From Candidatus Marinacidobacterales bacterium (lineage in GTDB: Bacteria; Acidobacteriota; Vicinamibacteria; Marinacidobacterales; DATDRI01), in contig OZ245365.1 in the NCBI GenBank assembly GCA_965226495.1, positions 192,001 through 256,000 of the forward strand: DNA of 64,000 nucleotides, read 5' to 3'. Positions 29,010 through 42,700 of the stretch are shown in pieces. The notes below the pieces were generated by a model. It was not told where the DNA came from and did not search any database. It worked only from the letters and a program-made list of their open reading frames with translations. Each line of letters opens with the position of its first letter. The stretch's first letter is position 1. Position numbers and translations under genes: made by a program.

Positions 29010-29666
29010 TTCGACAACAACCTGATTCTGTTCGACCGTGCCACCGACAGCCTTTGGTCGCAAATGCGGGTGAGCTCGATCTGTGGCGATTTCGTCGAGA
29101 CGAGGCCCAAGCTGCTCCCCGTGGTTCAGTCGACCTGGGGGGCTTGGAAGGCACTGCAACCGGAGACGACGGTGGTGAGTTTCAACACCGGCTTCGAGCG
29201 GAACTATGACCGCTATCCCTACGGGAACTACGATCAGCTCAACGACACCGAGCTGCTCTTTCCACACACCTTCATAGATCCCCGGCTGCGTACGAAGGAG
29301 CTCGTACTGGGCATCGTCCGCGGAGGTGTCGCGCGCGCCTACCCCTACGAGGGTTTGGGGCAACGTTCTGCGGTCAACGACGACGTCAATGGGAAACCGG
29401 TATTGGTGGTTTTCGATAAGGAATCACAAATGGCGCTTCCCTTCGACCCTACCGTGGACGGCGAAGTCTTGAGTTTCAAGGTTTCTCCTGGGAATGCGTT
29501 CCCGTTTCAGCTCCGGGATGAAGAGACCGGAACGCTCTGGGATCTTACCGGGCTCGCCGTCGAAGGTCCGTTGGCCGGTTCCCAACGCGAGCCCATCGCC
29601 ACGTTCAGTGCCATGTGGTTCGCGTGGGCTTCATTCAACCGCGGAACCGAGATCTTTAAGAAGTAG
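29010..29666 (+). pseudogene. 5'-truncated DUF3179 domain protein
   Basis: FDNNLILFDRATDSLWSQM, TWGAWK..PET, DEETGTLWDLTG.AVEGPLAG, MWFAW. In-frame stop at 28953; N-terminal part missing. Confidence 0.75.
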
Positions 29667-29714
29667 AGAGAAGTAGGAAAAAATAGTGTACAATTCGGCC
29701 CATCCCGGAAAGTC

Positions 29715-30752
29715 ATGCCCAAACAGCGCGTCGCGGTTCTCTACGATATCTGGTGGGATGATGACGATACTCCGCCAGAGAAGCCGCGCGGCGGCAAACC
29801 GCGTAAACGCGAGAAGGAAGTCCACGAAGAGGTCTATGCCACTCTCAAGAAGCTAGGCTACCAACCTTTCTATTGCATTTTAGACGGTGAGTCCAAGTCG
29901 CTCGCCAAATTGGCCTCGTCGGAGGCAACCCTCATTTTCAATCTCTCCGAGTCCTATGCTGGTGACGACACCAAGGACATGCACATCGCCGCGTTCTTAG
30001 ACCTGATGGGGAAGAAGTACACCGGAGCCGGGCCTCACGCCTTGCATCTGGCCCAGGACAAGACACTCGCGAAGAAGCTTCTCTCGTTTCACGGCATCCG
30101 GACTCCTTACTTCGCCGTTTCCTATCGAGGCAAGACAGGTTGGGCCGATGATATCTCCTTTCCCTTGATGGTGAAGCCCCAGGCCGAGGACGGCTCTATC
30201 GGTATCGACACCGGTTCGGTGGTTACCAGCGTCAAGGAGCTGATGCAGCGGATCGACTATATTCACACTCGCTTCGACAGCCCCGCTTTGATCGAAGAGT
30301 ACATCGAAGGCCGCGAGATTTACGTGGGCGTGGTGGGGAACGAAAGACCCGAAGCGCTACCGTTGGTCGAGCTGGACCTTTCTCGGGTTCCCGGCGATGT
30401 GCCGAAGATCGCGGGTACCGAAGTCAAGTGGTTGAAGGACAATAGGCTCTATAAAGTCACCGAGGCTTTCATCCCGGAAGATCTTTCGGTGGAGACGGAG
30501 AAACTTCTCAAGGAAACGGCGGTAGCGGCGTATGAGGCGTTGAAGTGTCGCGACTATGGTCGCGTCGATATTCGACTGGCCAAGGACGGCACCGTGCACG
30601 TCCTCGAAGTGAACCCCAACCCATGGCTCGCCTCGTTCACAGAGTTCTCGATGGCATGGCGAGGCACCGGACGCACGTATCCGCAGCTGATTCAATACAT
30701 CGTGGATATGGCCTTCGCCCGGTACGCGCAGCCTGCACCGGTGCAAGGGTGA
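29715..30752 (+). CDS. D-Ala-D-Ala ligase-like ATP-grasp protein
   Basis: FNLSE, YTG, QDK, VKPQAEDGSIGI, EEYIEGRE, DYGRVDIR, EVNPNP. Confidence 0.88.
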   Translation: MPKQRVAVLYDIWWDDDDTPPEKPRGGKPRKREKEVHEEVYATLKKLGYQPFYCILDGESKSLAKLASSEATLIFNLSESYAGDDTKDMHIAAFLDLMGKKYTGAGPHALHLAQDKTLAKKLLSFHGIRTPYFAVSYRGKTGWADDISFPLMVKPQAEDGSIGIDTGSVVTSVKELMQRIDYIHTRFDSPALIEEYIEGREIYVGVVGNERPEALPLVELDLSRVPGDVPKIAGTEVKWLKDNRLYKVTEAFIPEDLSVETEKLLKETAVAAYEALKCRDYGRVDIRLAKDGTVHVLEVNPNPWLASFTEFSMAWRGTGRTYPQLIQYIVDMAFARYAQPAPVQG

Positions 30753-30762
30753 CGCTGATCTG

Positions 30763-33700
30763 CTAGCGAAGCGACATCGCCGGATCCCCAAACAGGTGAT
30801 AAATACTGAGGAGCTCTAGGTAGCCTCCGGACTCTGCAAACTGGGCCTGGGCCGCGAGGACGGCGTCTCCGAGCGTGGTGTGTCCACCGTACAGGAGCTC
30901 GGTGAGTAGTAGGCGGTGATAGAAGTGAGCGGGCCCATCGAGACTCTCCCCGCTGGGAGAAAAAGCGGCGACGATGCCCTTGCCGTCGGCCTTCAAGAGA
31001 GTTTCCGATAAGGAATCGAAAGTCGGGAACTGGAAGTATCCGTTCAAGCAGTTCATGGTGAGAACTTCGTCGAAAGCATCGAGAATGCTGTCGTGAGTAG
31101 CCGCAGTGGGTAATGTTCGGGATAGTCCAGAGACTCGACGTGGTCGGATCTCAAGATATTTTCAGACCATAGATTCATGGCTCCGTGGCCGATGTAGCTG
31201 ACCAGCGAGGCGCCTTCGTCGAAAGCATCGAGAATGCTGTCGTGAGTAGCCGCTGCTCCTAACTCGTCGAGATAGATCTTTTGGACGTCATTGCCGGCTA
31301 AGAGCGAGGCAGCTAACTCCTCGGCATGGGCCTCGAAGTCTCCGGCTCTTGGGTCAGGCCGGTCGGCAATGAGGACGGCCCGTCCCCCGAGTCCCATCCC
31401 TTCCGTTTCATAAGCGACGATCTTGTCCACCATGGCTTGGGCTTCGTCGAGGTTGGCCGCAGGAAGTCTCCCGATGGCGAGGTCGGGTAACAAGTCGTCG
31501 CCGTTGACCGCGGCATAGGCGGGGTCGGAAGCGGTCCAGAGATAGGTGGACTTGAAGGGGAAGGGAGGTACTTGGTTCTCGACTCCCCATCCGAAGTAGT
31601 CCTTGAAGTCGAAGGTGCCGTCACCGAGGAGCAAGACGTAGCGAGGAGGAGTTCTCCAGTTGTGATAGGCATGCTCCAAGAAGCTCCTGATGGCGTCGGG
31701 TCTGGTCTCACCATGACCGAACTCGGAATAGATCTGCTCGATGGGTACGGCCAGAACGGTGAGACCTTGGCTAAGTCTGAGCTCGAGCAAAGGCCATGAG
31801 GCTTCGAGAAGACTCTCGGGACCAATAACGACGTATTTGGCTCCGTAGAGCATGCTCTTGAGCCGATACGGAAAGGGTCGCCTTATCTCTGGGCTCATGA
31901 CGGCGGTAGAGTCAGCAACGAGATAGTGATGGCCGTCTTCGGCCCTGAAACGGAGTCCGCGGAGTCCGCCTTCAAAAGGACTCCGCACCGCTCAACCACT
32001 TGGGCATGGGGCCCGTGGTGTCGAGGAGCAAAGAACTACCCGTGAGTCCTGTGACCTCGGCAACTCCGGACTGACCAAAGCTTCCTCGGAGCTGTCCGGA
32101 GTCGGCGACTAACTGGCTCGGGTACGTGACTTCGAACCGGTTGAGCATGATGCGGGAGTAAGCGGCCCCGGTATCTCCGACGTTTTCGAGCTCGAGCGTG
32201 TTCTGACCTTCTAAGAGAGCCCCGGGAAGCAACGAGAGGTCGCTCAGCCAAGGTAACTCGCCCTCGAGTGTGAAGTCGTCTAGCAACATGCCGTTGAGGT
32301 AGATGCGGACATGATGGTCGGGGTCGGTGGGTAAGTCGGTGGTTCCCTGAATCCATACCTTGAGAGAACCGCTCTCGGAGGTGGGAGCAAGGTTCTCTAC
32401 ATAGAAAGAATAGGCCTTGGTGACGGGAGCCAATAGAAAATCCCATAGCCAGACATCGGGTGCGGTAGTGAGCCTGCCTTGGAAGAGATGGTTCTCTTCG
32501 AGCTTCAATGTCTTCCAGTAGTGCCCGACCTGTAAGCCTGAAGGAGAAGCAGAGCCTAGCTCCATCCTCTGGCCACCGCCTGAGACGGAGAGAACATAGA
32601 CGGCTTCCCGTCCGTAGGGATTGAGCTCTTCGCCGCCACTGAGGAAGTACAGCCGGGAGCCGCGCTTGAACTGTTTCTTATTGGGGTGGACGGTGAAAGC
32701 AACGGGCTCGCCCTGGTAGGTGAGGTTGAGCGTCTTGGTCTTGATGCCCTTACGACGACTGCCGAAGAGGGATTGGTAGGAAACGCCGTAGAGTCCGGAG
32801 TCGTGGGTGACGAGGTTAGCGACGACGTTTCCGGAGCCGGCATTCTTCTTTCGTCGCTTGCGTCCCCGGGAGCCGCCCAAAGACTTTTCTCCGGGTACTT
32901 TTCCTTTGAACTTGACCTTGACGATGAGGCGTCGTGCGAGGAGAAGCTGTCCGGTGGAACGGTCCCACCGCAGTGGGGAAAGCTCCAAGAAGGCCTTTTT
33001 GACGTCACCCTGGAAGGCGATGCTGACGATATGAACTGGACTCTCGGGATAAAGCCCCTGACCGCGGAAGGCCTTCCCTGGTTGTTGAGCAGAGCTGGCG
33101 AGGCTGACGGTGCCATCGGGCAGCATGACGGGTTCGAGCAGCTCGGCGGAAGTGGGTCTCAAGGAAAACGCTTCGACGCTTTTTGCTTTGACGGACTTGA
33201 TCTTGACCTGTTTGCCGACCACGGCCTGTAGCCAGGTGCGCTTGACGGGAATAGCGGGAGTCCCGGGTTCCCAGTCTTCGAGGAAACCTGGTATGGACAA
33301 GCGCACCGAGCCGTCATCTTGGGGCTCGGCATAGAAGCCTCCGGTGATGAGCTCGAGGGTGACTTGACGGCGGGAGCGTTTCACTACCCGCAAGATGGTC
33401 TGTTCGGGATTCCCGTAGGTGATACCGTGCTCGTCGGAAGAAGAGGAGCCATCATCATCCTCGCCAACATCTTCAGTAGGTGAGTCGAAACTGGCGCCTG
33501 CGAGGGGAGTGGCATAAACGGGGCCATGTCGCTCACGCACTCCGTTGGACTCCAAGTCTTCGAGCTCGTAGAAATAGGATTGCCCGTTGACCAAACCGGA
33601 GTCGACGTAACGGTAGCTGGCACCGAGCGGAGAAGACCCAAGCCCCGGAACCATGCTCGGGTTCACGAGCTGGTAGGGGCCGGATTCCGACGCCGCTCGG

Positions 33701-36700
33701 TAGAGGTAGAAACCCACGTTGTCGACTTCCGAGCCCGTTTCCCATCGGAGCTCTATCGCGCTATCTCCACCCTGCGCTTCGAACGTTAGGAGCTCGACCG
33801 CCGTGGTCGCCGCGATCTGGTCGGCCCCAATGTCCCAAGGTGCGGTGCGGGCGCCGCCGTCGATGTCGGCGATGAAACTTCCGCTCAAATCGAGGCCGTT
33901 GTTTTGGGCATCGTTTTCCGCCGGATTGTTTTGAAGATGGAAATTCTCTGTTCCCGCCCCGAGGCTCTGGAAAATCACCCAACCGTTACGCGGCGCCGGG
34001 CCGGGATTGAGAATGTCCGTGGCATCGCGGTCCGGGAAGCAAATCCCACAGGAGGCCGACGCGTCCCCGGAGATGTTGTTATCCTGCGTCAACGAACCGG
34101 AAGTGACAGAGAAATCCACTCCACCATTGATGGAGATGGTGTTCCGCACCGTGACGTCGGAGGCGTCGGCGAAGATCCCGTCCCCACCGTTTCCTATGAC
34201 GGTGGAGCTGTCGACCGTCAGGAGGTCTCCCGCGTCGTCGGCTTCGATGCCAGAGTCGTCGTTGTTGTAGACGATGGAATTTTGCACGATCACCGATTTG
34301 CTCCCGGTACCCGATAATCTGATGCCGTTGCTGCTATCGTGAACGAGTAGGAACCGGAGGAGGACGTTGGTGGCGGGTCGAACCTTCACACCGCCGTCGC
34401 CGGTCGCTCCGCGGACATTCTGGATCTCCAACCACTCGACGGTGACGTTGTCGTTATCGATCACGACTTCGTCTTCCGAATTCGGGGCGGTCGCGGAGTC
34501 CAAGACAACGCCCGTCCCTGCTATTCCGTAGTGGCGGTTGTTGGCTTCGACGGTGAGCGTAATGTCGTGATCGGGGGACGTCGTGGAACCCTCGATAACG
34601 ACACCCCGCGTGAAGACCGAGTCGTCATAGGCAATCCCGACTTCCTTACGATTCTCGAAGACGAGATCGCTGCCAGCGACTGGGAAGTACGTGCAGCCAC
34701 CCGCGCCGGAAATGCAGTCTTCCCACTCTTGGAGCGTGTCGAATTGCCGCGAAATCGTGTAGCCTCCGGTGAAATTGCCGACCACCGGCGTGGTCAAGGT
34801 CAACTCAGTCTCGGAATCAACCGAGAAGATGGTGTAGTCGGTCCCGTTGATGTCGATCCGGTCCCCGCGCCCACGGTTCGCGGTTTGCCAACTCGTTCCC
34901 GTCCCCGTCACCGTGAAGGATCCGTCGAACGCATCGATGCTGCCGGCGTTGTAGTCGGCCGCGGTTCCGATCGATCGGTAGTTCACGGTGCGAGTTTCGT
35001 CGGCGCCCATCTCCCACCCGGCGCCGGTTCCTCTCGCTTGCCGATCGATATCATCCAGGACAGACCCCAACGGGGTTCCGACGCTGATGGCGGTGGAGGT
35101 CGGTATCAGATGCAGGTCCCAGTTGTTCTCGTCACCCGCGGTGATGTTGACGAACTGGTCGGCCGCGATCTGGTTGATCAACGAGGCCGGGCCAGGGGCC
35201 GTTCCGTCCTCAGACATGTTGTTGGAAAAGGAACCACCTCCCGAGACATCGAAATCGAGGCCGTTCCCCATCGAGATGGTGTTCGAAATGAACAGGGAAG
35301 AACCCAGGTCTTGGTGTATCCCCGACTGACAACCGTAAACGGTCGTATTCTCCACCGTGACCGTGTCGTCTGCTTGGTCGCCCTGAATGCAACGGTCCTG
35401 GCCGTCGTAGATGATGGAGTTCCGGACCGCGAGGCTGTAGAAGTCCGCGGCGCCGCTGTCGGCGATAGAGATCCCGTCGTTGGTGGGGTTTGCTGCGTCG
35501 TCGAAGTCATGGACGAGGACATGACTGATTTCGACTTCTTGCGCTCCCACCGTGATGACGTACCCGCTGGGCAAAACACCCTTGACACCCGTGACCTCGA
35601 ACCAGTGTAAACGCGTGAAGTCCTCGAAGATTTCTATAACGCCGCCGGGGCCGCCACCGCTGTCTATCACTACGCCGGTCCCCGCCGTTCCACTATGTTG
35701 CTGCGTATTACCGCTGACGACTTGTGAGGCGTCCGCTACTGTCAACGTGATGAAGTGCGTTGCGTCCGTGGTGTAGCCGTTGATCGCAACGCCGGAAACG
35801 AAAGGCGTGTCGTTGTAGGCCACCCACGTGAGGTTCGCGCCCGCTGCGAGGAGGTCGAAGTTATTCAGATGATTTACGTCGCCGGAACCAACGGCCGCTG
35901 CACCTAGGTCGTTAAAGGCACGCATGATGGAGACGACGGTAGCGGTGCCGACATCGCCAGGGACACCGCCGTTCGCGGCGTGCACGACGAACTGAGTGGG
36001 GCTCAGTACGGTCTTGATGTAGACCTTCGGCCCACCAAAGTCGATCTCGTCGCCCACCCCGATGTCACCGGTTTGGGGAACGGTGAAGGTCGCAGTGCCG
36101 TTGGTGATGGAGATGTCAGAAGCGGTCAAGAAGTCACTCGTATCCGTGCCCACAGAGTAAAAGACGTCACCACCCATCACGCTATCCTGCGTATGGACGG
36201 CATCCGGGACGCTACCGGACCGGTTCACGCCTACCTCGACGTCATCGAGGTCGCCGATACCCATGGAAAACGTCGTCGTATCGCCCGGCACGAGGTTGGC
36301 GACGGTGACCCCCACCAAGTAGTTGGTTCCCGTGACTCCCGGATCCTCGAGGATGGCGCCAAAATCGAGGACACCGCCCGAGGGGGTTACGGCTCCTTGA
36401 AGCAGTGTGTCGGTGCCGCCGTCGATCACGCCGTTATTGTTCTCGTCTCGCCATAGCTCGCCCGCCGTCACGTCGCCGTCGACCACCCCGCTCCCGGTGG
36501 AGAAGTGAACTTGGACGCCGTCCACGGTGACCGTGCCGCTTCGCGTGAGCTTGAAGCCGAAGAGCTCTGTCGTCACCGGAGTCGTGGTGCTGAATTGATC
36601 GGGAATCTGTCCCAGGTCGTGGTCCGCTAGAATGAGCGAGGCGGGGCCGGCGACGCTCGCCGCCGCATAGACCGAATAAACCGGAAGCGGCGCCCCGCCG

Positions 36701-39700
36701 TTCGCGTCATACAGGCGGAAGCAGTAGTCACCCAAATCCGTGGCGTTTGCCGTGGCGTTGATGGCAAACTCGATTTCAGTAAACTCGTCGCTATCCAAGT
36801 TGATGCCGCCCGTCGTGTTGCCGGCGTCTTTCACTTCCCCCGTGACGAACGTCGACGCGGCGTCGGTGAGTCCGGGGGCGACGTTCGTGGTGGGTTCCCC
36901 ATCGGTTACGAAACTGGAGCCGTCCACCCGCCAGTGGCCACTGTTATCGGTCGGTACCGGGGAGTAGGCGCCGAGACTACAGCTCGCGGTTTCTGCGACT
37001 TGGAGCTGATAGGTGAGCGGGCCGGAGCTCGTGCCTCCTCCATTCGCCACCTGGAAGCGGAGTCGTCGGATCGGTCCCTTGGTGACGCCGGTCAGCTTGG
37101 TGTTCTCCGGGGCCGCCCAAGTGGCCGCGACTTCGTTGCCGTCGTCGTTTCGCCAGCGATAGCGAACCTGCGTGAGCTCCTGGGGAATTGCGGCGACCTC
37201 GTCGGCGCCAATGTCCCACGAGCTACGCAATCCGTCATCGATATCGACCGTGAAAATAGCACTCAAGTTGAAGGCAACACCTTCAGCGGCACTACCCGGA
37301 TTGATGTGAAGGTTGCCAGCCGGCGCGTTGACGAAGCTGACCGCAACCAGAGGTACGTTGATCCCGCCTCCCGACGGGCTATGCAAGATCCCGCTCGGGT
37401 CACTGGCGAGGTTGTCACTGCTGCTCGGGTCCAAATTCGGAACGTCGAAATCATTTCCTCCGGCCGTGGTGTGGGCGATGTTGTTCTGAAGGAGCACGAC
37501 CGCGGATCCACCTAAGCTCGTGATGCCCCCGGTACCAGAACTGTTGTGCACGGTATTGTTCAGAATCCGCACCTGCGCAGTTGCGGCGAGCGTATTGTCC
37601 ACGCGAATGCCCCGGCCGGCGTTATAGATGATGTTGTTATAGATATCGGTAACCGCATCGGCGTCATTGGTCGTGATCCCGGCACGGGGCATGTCATGGA
37701 CCAGCAGGTTGCGAACAACCACGTAATTGAAAATCGCTTGATTTCTAACGTGGATGCCGTCCGCGTTCGGATCGCCGCCCCCGAAGATCTCGAGCCATTC
37801 GACGGTCACGAAATCGTCTCTCACGCCGATGGCATCGACGAGGTTGAAGGTGTTATCGAAGACCACGCCGCGGCCGGGAATCCCGTAGTGTCGGTTCGGG
37901 CCGTCCGCGGTGAGTGTGATGCTGTGGACAGGATCGGTGATAGAGCCGTCGATGATGACGGGAGCATTGAAGGGACTGTCGGCGTACATAATGCCGATCT
38001 CTTTGCGTCCCTCGGCGACCAGATTTCCGGATGCGACGGGAAAGTAAACGCAACCGCCTCCACCGGAGATGCAGGTCTCCCACTGCGGGAGCGTACCGAA
38101 TTGCCGCGAGATTGTGTACGTGCCCGAGAAGTTCCCCGCGACCGGCGTGGTCAGGGTTAGCTGGGTTTCCGAGTCGACCGAAAGGATCGTGTAGTCCATG
38201 TTGTTGATATCGATACGGTCGCCGCGGCCGCGGTTGGCCGTTTGCCAGTTGGTCCCGGTCCCCGTCACAACAGACGAGCCGTCTGTTGCAGTGATGGTAC
38301 CGGCGACGTAGTCGGGGGCATCTCCGATAGAGCGGAGGTTCTCGGTGGCGACCACCTCGTCGGCGCCCATATCCCAAAACCCTAGGCGGGCTTGGTCGTC
38401 GACGTCGTTCGGGAAGGTCGGCGTCAGGTCGGTGCCGGCGTTGATGGCGTTGGCAGTCGCCGCAAGGTGCAGGTCCTCGAAACCGTCGGCGGCATTTTTG
38501 AACTCTAGGGCATTCTCGCCGGTGATCGAGGTCGTCCCCGGTGGGTTGTCCAACGCACTCGCGTCCGAGGACATGTTGAATTGGAAAGTCGCATTGGCTG
38601 GCGGTGTCGGAGGCGTATGACAAGTCTCGGCTCCCAGGATCCCGGTGTAGGCGCAGTAATCCTGAAAAAACCCGGAGCCCGCCGTTGTGACGCCGATGAC
38701 GATGTTGTTCCTGACGTTCCGTTCCGATGTGTCGGGGACCACGATCCCGTAGACGTTGGTAGACGAAGTGGCTTGACTATTTCGGACGTTGTAAAGGGTA
38801 TTGTTGTAGATGAAAGTGTTGAAGGCACCAACATTTTCGTCGACGATGCCGTAGACGGTTCCAGCGTCGTTGGAGGAGACGATATCGTAGACGAAATTGT
38901 TGTAAACATAGACCGGATTGGCCTGACGAATGCCGATTCCCCTTGCGAAACCCGTGGTCCCTTCGACGTCGTGGACGATCAATTGGCGGAGAGTGACATC
39001 GGTAACAGGTCCGTCGATACGAATGCCATAACCGCGGTCCAAGCTGCTGTCCCTGTCGCCATCGATCTCGAGCCATTCCACCGTGGTGTAATCGTCGGAG
39101 ACAATGAGAAGAGGACCGTTGCTTCCCGTTGCGATCACCCGGGCTCCGGTTCCCGCGATACCGACGTGACGTTGGCTCACGCCGCTTGCCACATCGGAGG
39201 CGCTGGCCACGGTCAACGTCAGTGTGTGCGTGGCATCGGTTATGTAGCCGTCCACGACCACTTGCGTGGCCATGTTGAACGGAAAGCTGTCGTTGTAACA
39301 GACCCACGTGAGGTTGGCGCCGGCACCGGTGCCAGTTAGATCGAACGTCGTCAGATGGGCTGCATCTCCGGAGTTGGCTTCCGCGTCGAATAGTGTATTG
39401 AAGGCGCGTCGGATGGCATTGACACCAAGGCCATTTACATTTATGGGTGCGGCGCCCGTCGCGGTGTGGACGACGAACTCAGTCTGGCTGATGACGGATT
39501 TGATGTAGGCCTTGGTGTTCCCGATGTCGTAATCGATTTCGTCTCCCACCCCGATGTTGCCAGTTTGGGCCGAGGTTAGGGTCGCGGTGCCGTTGGCGAT
39601 GGTGATGCTCGGCGTACCGGTCTTTAGATCGGCGGTCTCCGTACCCACCGAGTAAAACACGTCTCCGCCGGTCACCGGGTCTTGGGTGTGCGTTGCGTCG

Positions 39701-42700
39701 GAGGTCGAGCCGGACTCGACGACCCCTGACTCAACCACATCGATGTCGCTCAGGCCGAGGTAAAAGGTGGTTGTGTCGCCTACCGCAAGGTTGGCGACGG
39801 TGGCGCGCACGAGGTAGTTCGTGCCTACAGTCGGATCTTCGCTAAGGGAGTTGAAGGCGAGGACGCCGCCGGTGGGAGACACGCCGCCCTGGACAAGAAT
39901 ATCGCCGCCGTCTATGACACCGTCGTTGTTCGCGTCGCGATAGAGCTCACCGCTCGAAACGTCGCCGCTGACTACACCCCCGCCGGTCGTGAAGTTGACT
40001 CGAATGTTGGCGACGGTGACCGGGCCGGTGCGGCTGAGGTTGAAGCGAAATAGTACATCGGTAACGGGTGTCGTTGTCGTGAATCGGTCTCCAATCTGAC
40101 CGGTGCCGTGGTCGGCCAAGGTCAGGGATGCACCGCCGGCTACCGCGAGCTGGACTTGCGCGAACACCGTGTAAGTGTCCAGCACTTGAGAGTTGGTGGC
40201 ATCGTAAAGACGGAAGCAGTAATCGCCGCCGTCGGTGGCGTTCGTGGTTGCCTGCACTGAGAATTCAATTTCAGAAAACTCATCGGGTGCAAGTGTGATG
40301 CCACCGGTCGTGTTGCCGAGGTCCTTGAGCTCACCGGCAACGAAGGTGGTCGCCTCGTTGGTGAGCCCCGGGCTAATGTCCGACGTCGGTTGGCCATCGG
40401 TGACGAAGGTCGAGTCGATCACTTGCCAGTGGTCGGCAGAGCCGGTGGGGACGGTGGTGTAGGTGCCGCCGCTGCACACGGTGGTCTCCGCAACCTGAAG
40501 CTCGTAGTTCACAGCTCCAGAACCGCCCCCGCCCTCATTCGAGACCTCCAAGCGGACCCGTTTGATGGTGTTCTTGGCGAGACCGGTTAACCTAGTGTCT
40601 TCGGCAGCCGCAAATGTCGCGCCACTTCCACTCCCGAGGTTCTGCACAACGAGGGTACGTTGGTGCATGGTAGCGTTGCCACCGGTGGTTCTCCAGCGCA
40701 CGTCGATCGTATCGCTGGCTCCCACCCCGATGACATACGCATGCGTGGCAATCGGGAAGGAGGTGGCAGCAATAGAGTCTTCGGTGAATATTTGTCGCGG
40801 CGTATGGGGTAGCTGAACACCGTTGACGTAGATCGAAACGTACTGGGTTGTGTTAACTAGATCGCCTTCCATCGAACCGCTGAACCACACGAGATACTGA
40901 CCCGCGCCCGGAGTCAGTGTCATGCCCGGGACGAGAACATCGCTGGTCGCCGACGTCGTGTCGTCGCCAGTGGCGGTTGCCTGAAAGACGTCGACGGGGT
41001 TTATTTTTTGCACGACCAGCGTTCGCTCGTGCATAGTGGCCGTGCCACCCGTCGTTCGCCAACGGATATCGATGGACTCGCCTGCTCCCAGCCCGAGGAT
41101 TCGCGCGTGCGTCGCGACCGAGAAGGATGTATCGGGTATAGACGCTTCCGTGAAGATCTCCCGCTCGCTGTCGGCGATCTGCGTTCCGTTTTGATAAATC
41201 GAGACGAATTGTCGGGTGCTGGCGGTGTCGCTTTCCACCGACCCGCTGAACCAGACGAGGTAGTCGCCGGCGCCCGGTGTGATGGACATGCCGGAGACCG
41301 GCACGTCGGCGCCGCTCGTCGTCGCGGTGTCTAGTACGACGGCCGCCTGGGACGTGTCCGCTACATTGACAGGCTCGACCACCAACGTACGTTCGTGCAT
41401 CGTCGCGGTACCGGCATCCGTTCTCCAGCGGATGTCGATGGTCTGGCCGGCGGTCACTCCAGTGAGCCTCGCATGCAAGGCCACGAGGAAAGACGTGTTG
41501 GGAACGGAGCTATCGGTTGTGATCTCCCGCTCAGTATGTCCGACCCGTGCTCCATCGAGATAAAGGGAGACGTGTTGCGTGCTGGCTGCGGTGCTCTCGA
41601 CGGACCCGCTAAACCAGACGAGGTAGTCACCGGGACCAGGCGTCAACGTCATGCCCGACACCACCACGTCGGTACCACTGGTGGTCATCGTATCCGCCGT
41701 CGCACCGGCCTGGATCGCACCGCCACCGGTTGGCTCACCGCCATCATCGTTCCGCCATCGGTAATGGATCTGGGTCAGGTCGGGCGTCGAAAGCGTGGTG
41801 GTGCCAGAAATCTCGACCGAAGTAGCCGGACCGACGCTGGCCGAGGTCGCGACGACGTCCGTGGACGGGTCCCCGATGCCGATCTCGACCGTTTCTCCAT
41901 CGACTGCTGCGGGACCGACGTCGAAGACCACGTACACCACCATCGAGGCAAGGGTGCTGATCGCCACCGAGCCGGTAAAACTCGACGTCCCGTTGGCGGC
42001 GCTGAAACCATCCGTGTCGGTCACACCAAACTGAGCTTCCGTCCCGGTGTAACTTTGGCTCGCACCGTCAAAGGGAGCCGTCGTGTCGAGCTCGTAGAAG
42101 AGCTTGATGTTACTCAGATTATTGAGGGCATCGACGGTGCCGGATTCGGCGATCGTGATATCCGTGATGTTGTGGGAGCCGGTGTTGTCGGTAATGACGA
42201 ACTTGCCGCCCACGTATTGGTCGGTACTGGGGATCGGCATGACAACGGTCTGCGTGCCCGATGCGCCGACGAAGATATCGTCGCCGGCCAATTGGGCTTC
42301 CGCGTAGACCGTGTAGGTATCGAGAACCTGGTTGTTGATGTCGTCGTAGAGACGGAAACAATAATCACCGCCACCGGTGGCGTTGGCTGTTGCCTGAATG
42401 GAAAATTCGACTTCCGTGAACTCGGCGCCGTCAAGCAGCAAGCTTCCGGTCGCGTTGCTCGTATCCTTGAGCTCTCCGGCGACGAAGTTCAAGGCTTCGT
42501 CCGTCAGGCCCGGACTGATGTTCGCGGTCGGTTCACCATCGGTGATGAATGAGGAATCGATGATCTGCCAATGCCCGCCGCTGCCGATGGGGACACTGGT
42601 GTAGGTTCCCGCGGCACAGGTCGCCGTCTCGGCTACCTGAAGCTCGAGGCTGACCGGCCCCGGGGCCGGGCCCCCTTCGTTTGAAACTTCGAGTCGAACT

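Noticed and set aside
29008-29363. N-terminal part of the 332-aa minus ORF 28365-29363
   Set aside because: It is the antisense of the DUF3179 gene and has no signal peptide or barrel character.
29715-30752. ATP-grasp enzyme as the RiPP maturase
   Set aside because: It is Ddl-like rather than RimK/graspetide-type, lies on the opposite strand 25 kb from the precursor, and the core lacks graspetide motifs.
31972-31974. UGA ending the 4476-aa ORF as a possible selenocysteine
   Set aside because: The paralog shows homology continuing in a different frame (F-E-G-G), so it is a frameshift, not readthrough.
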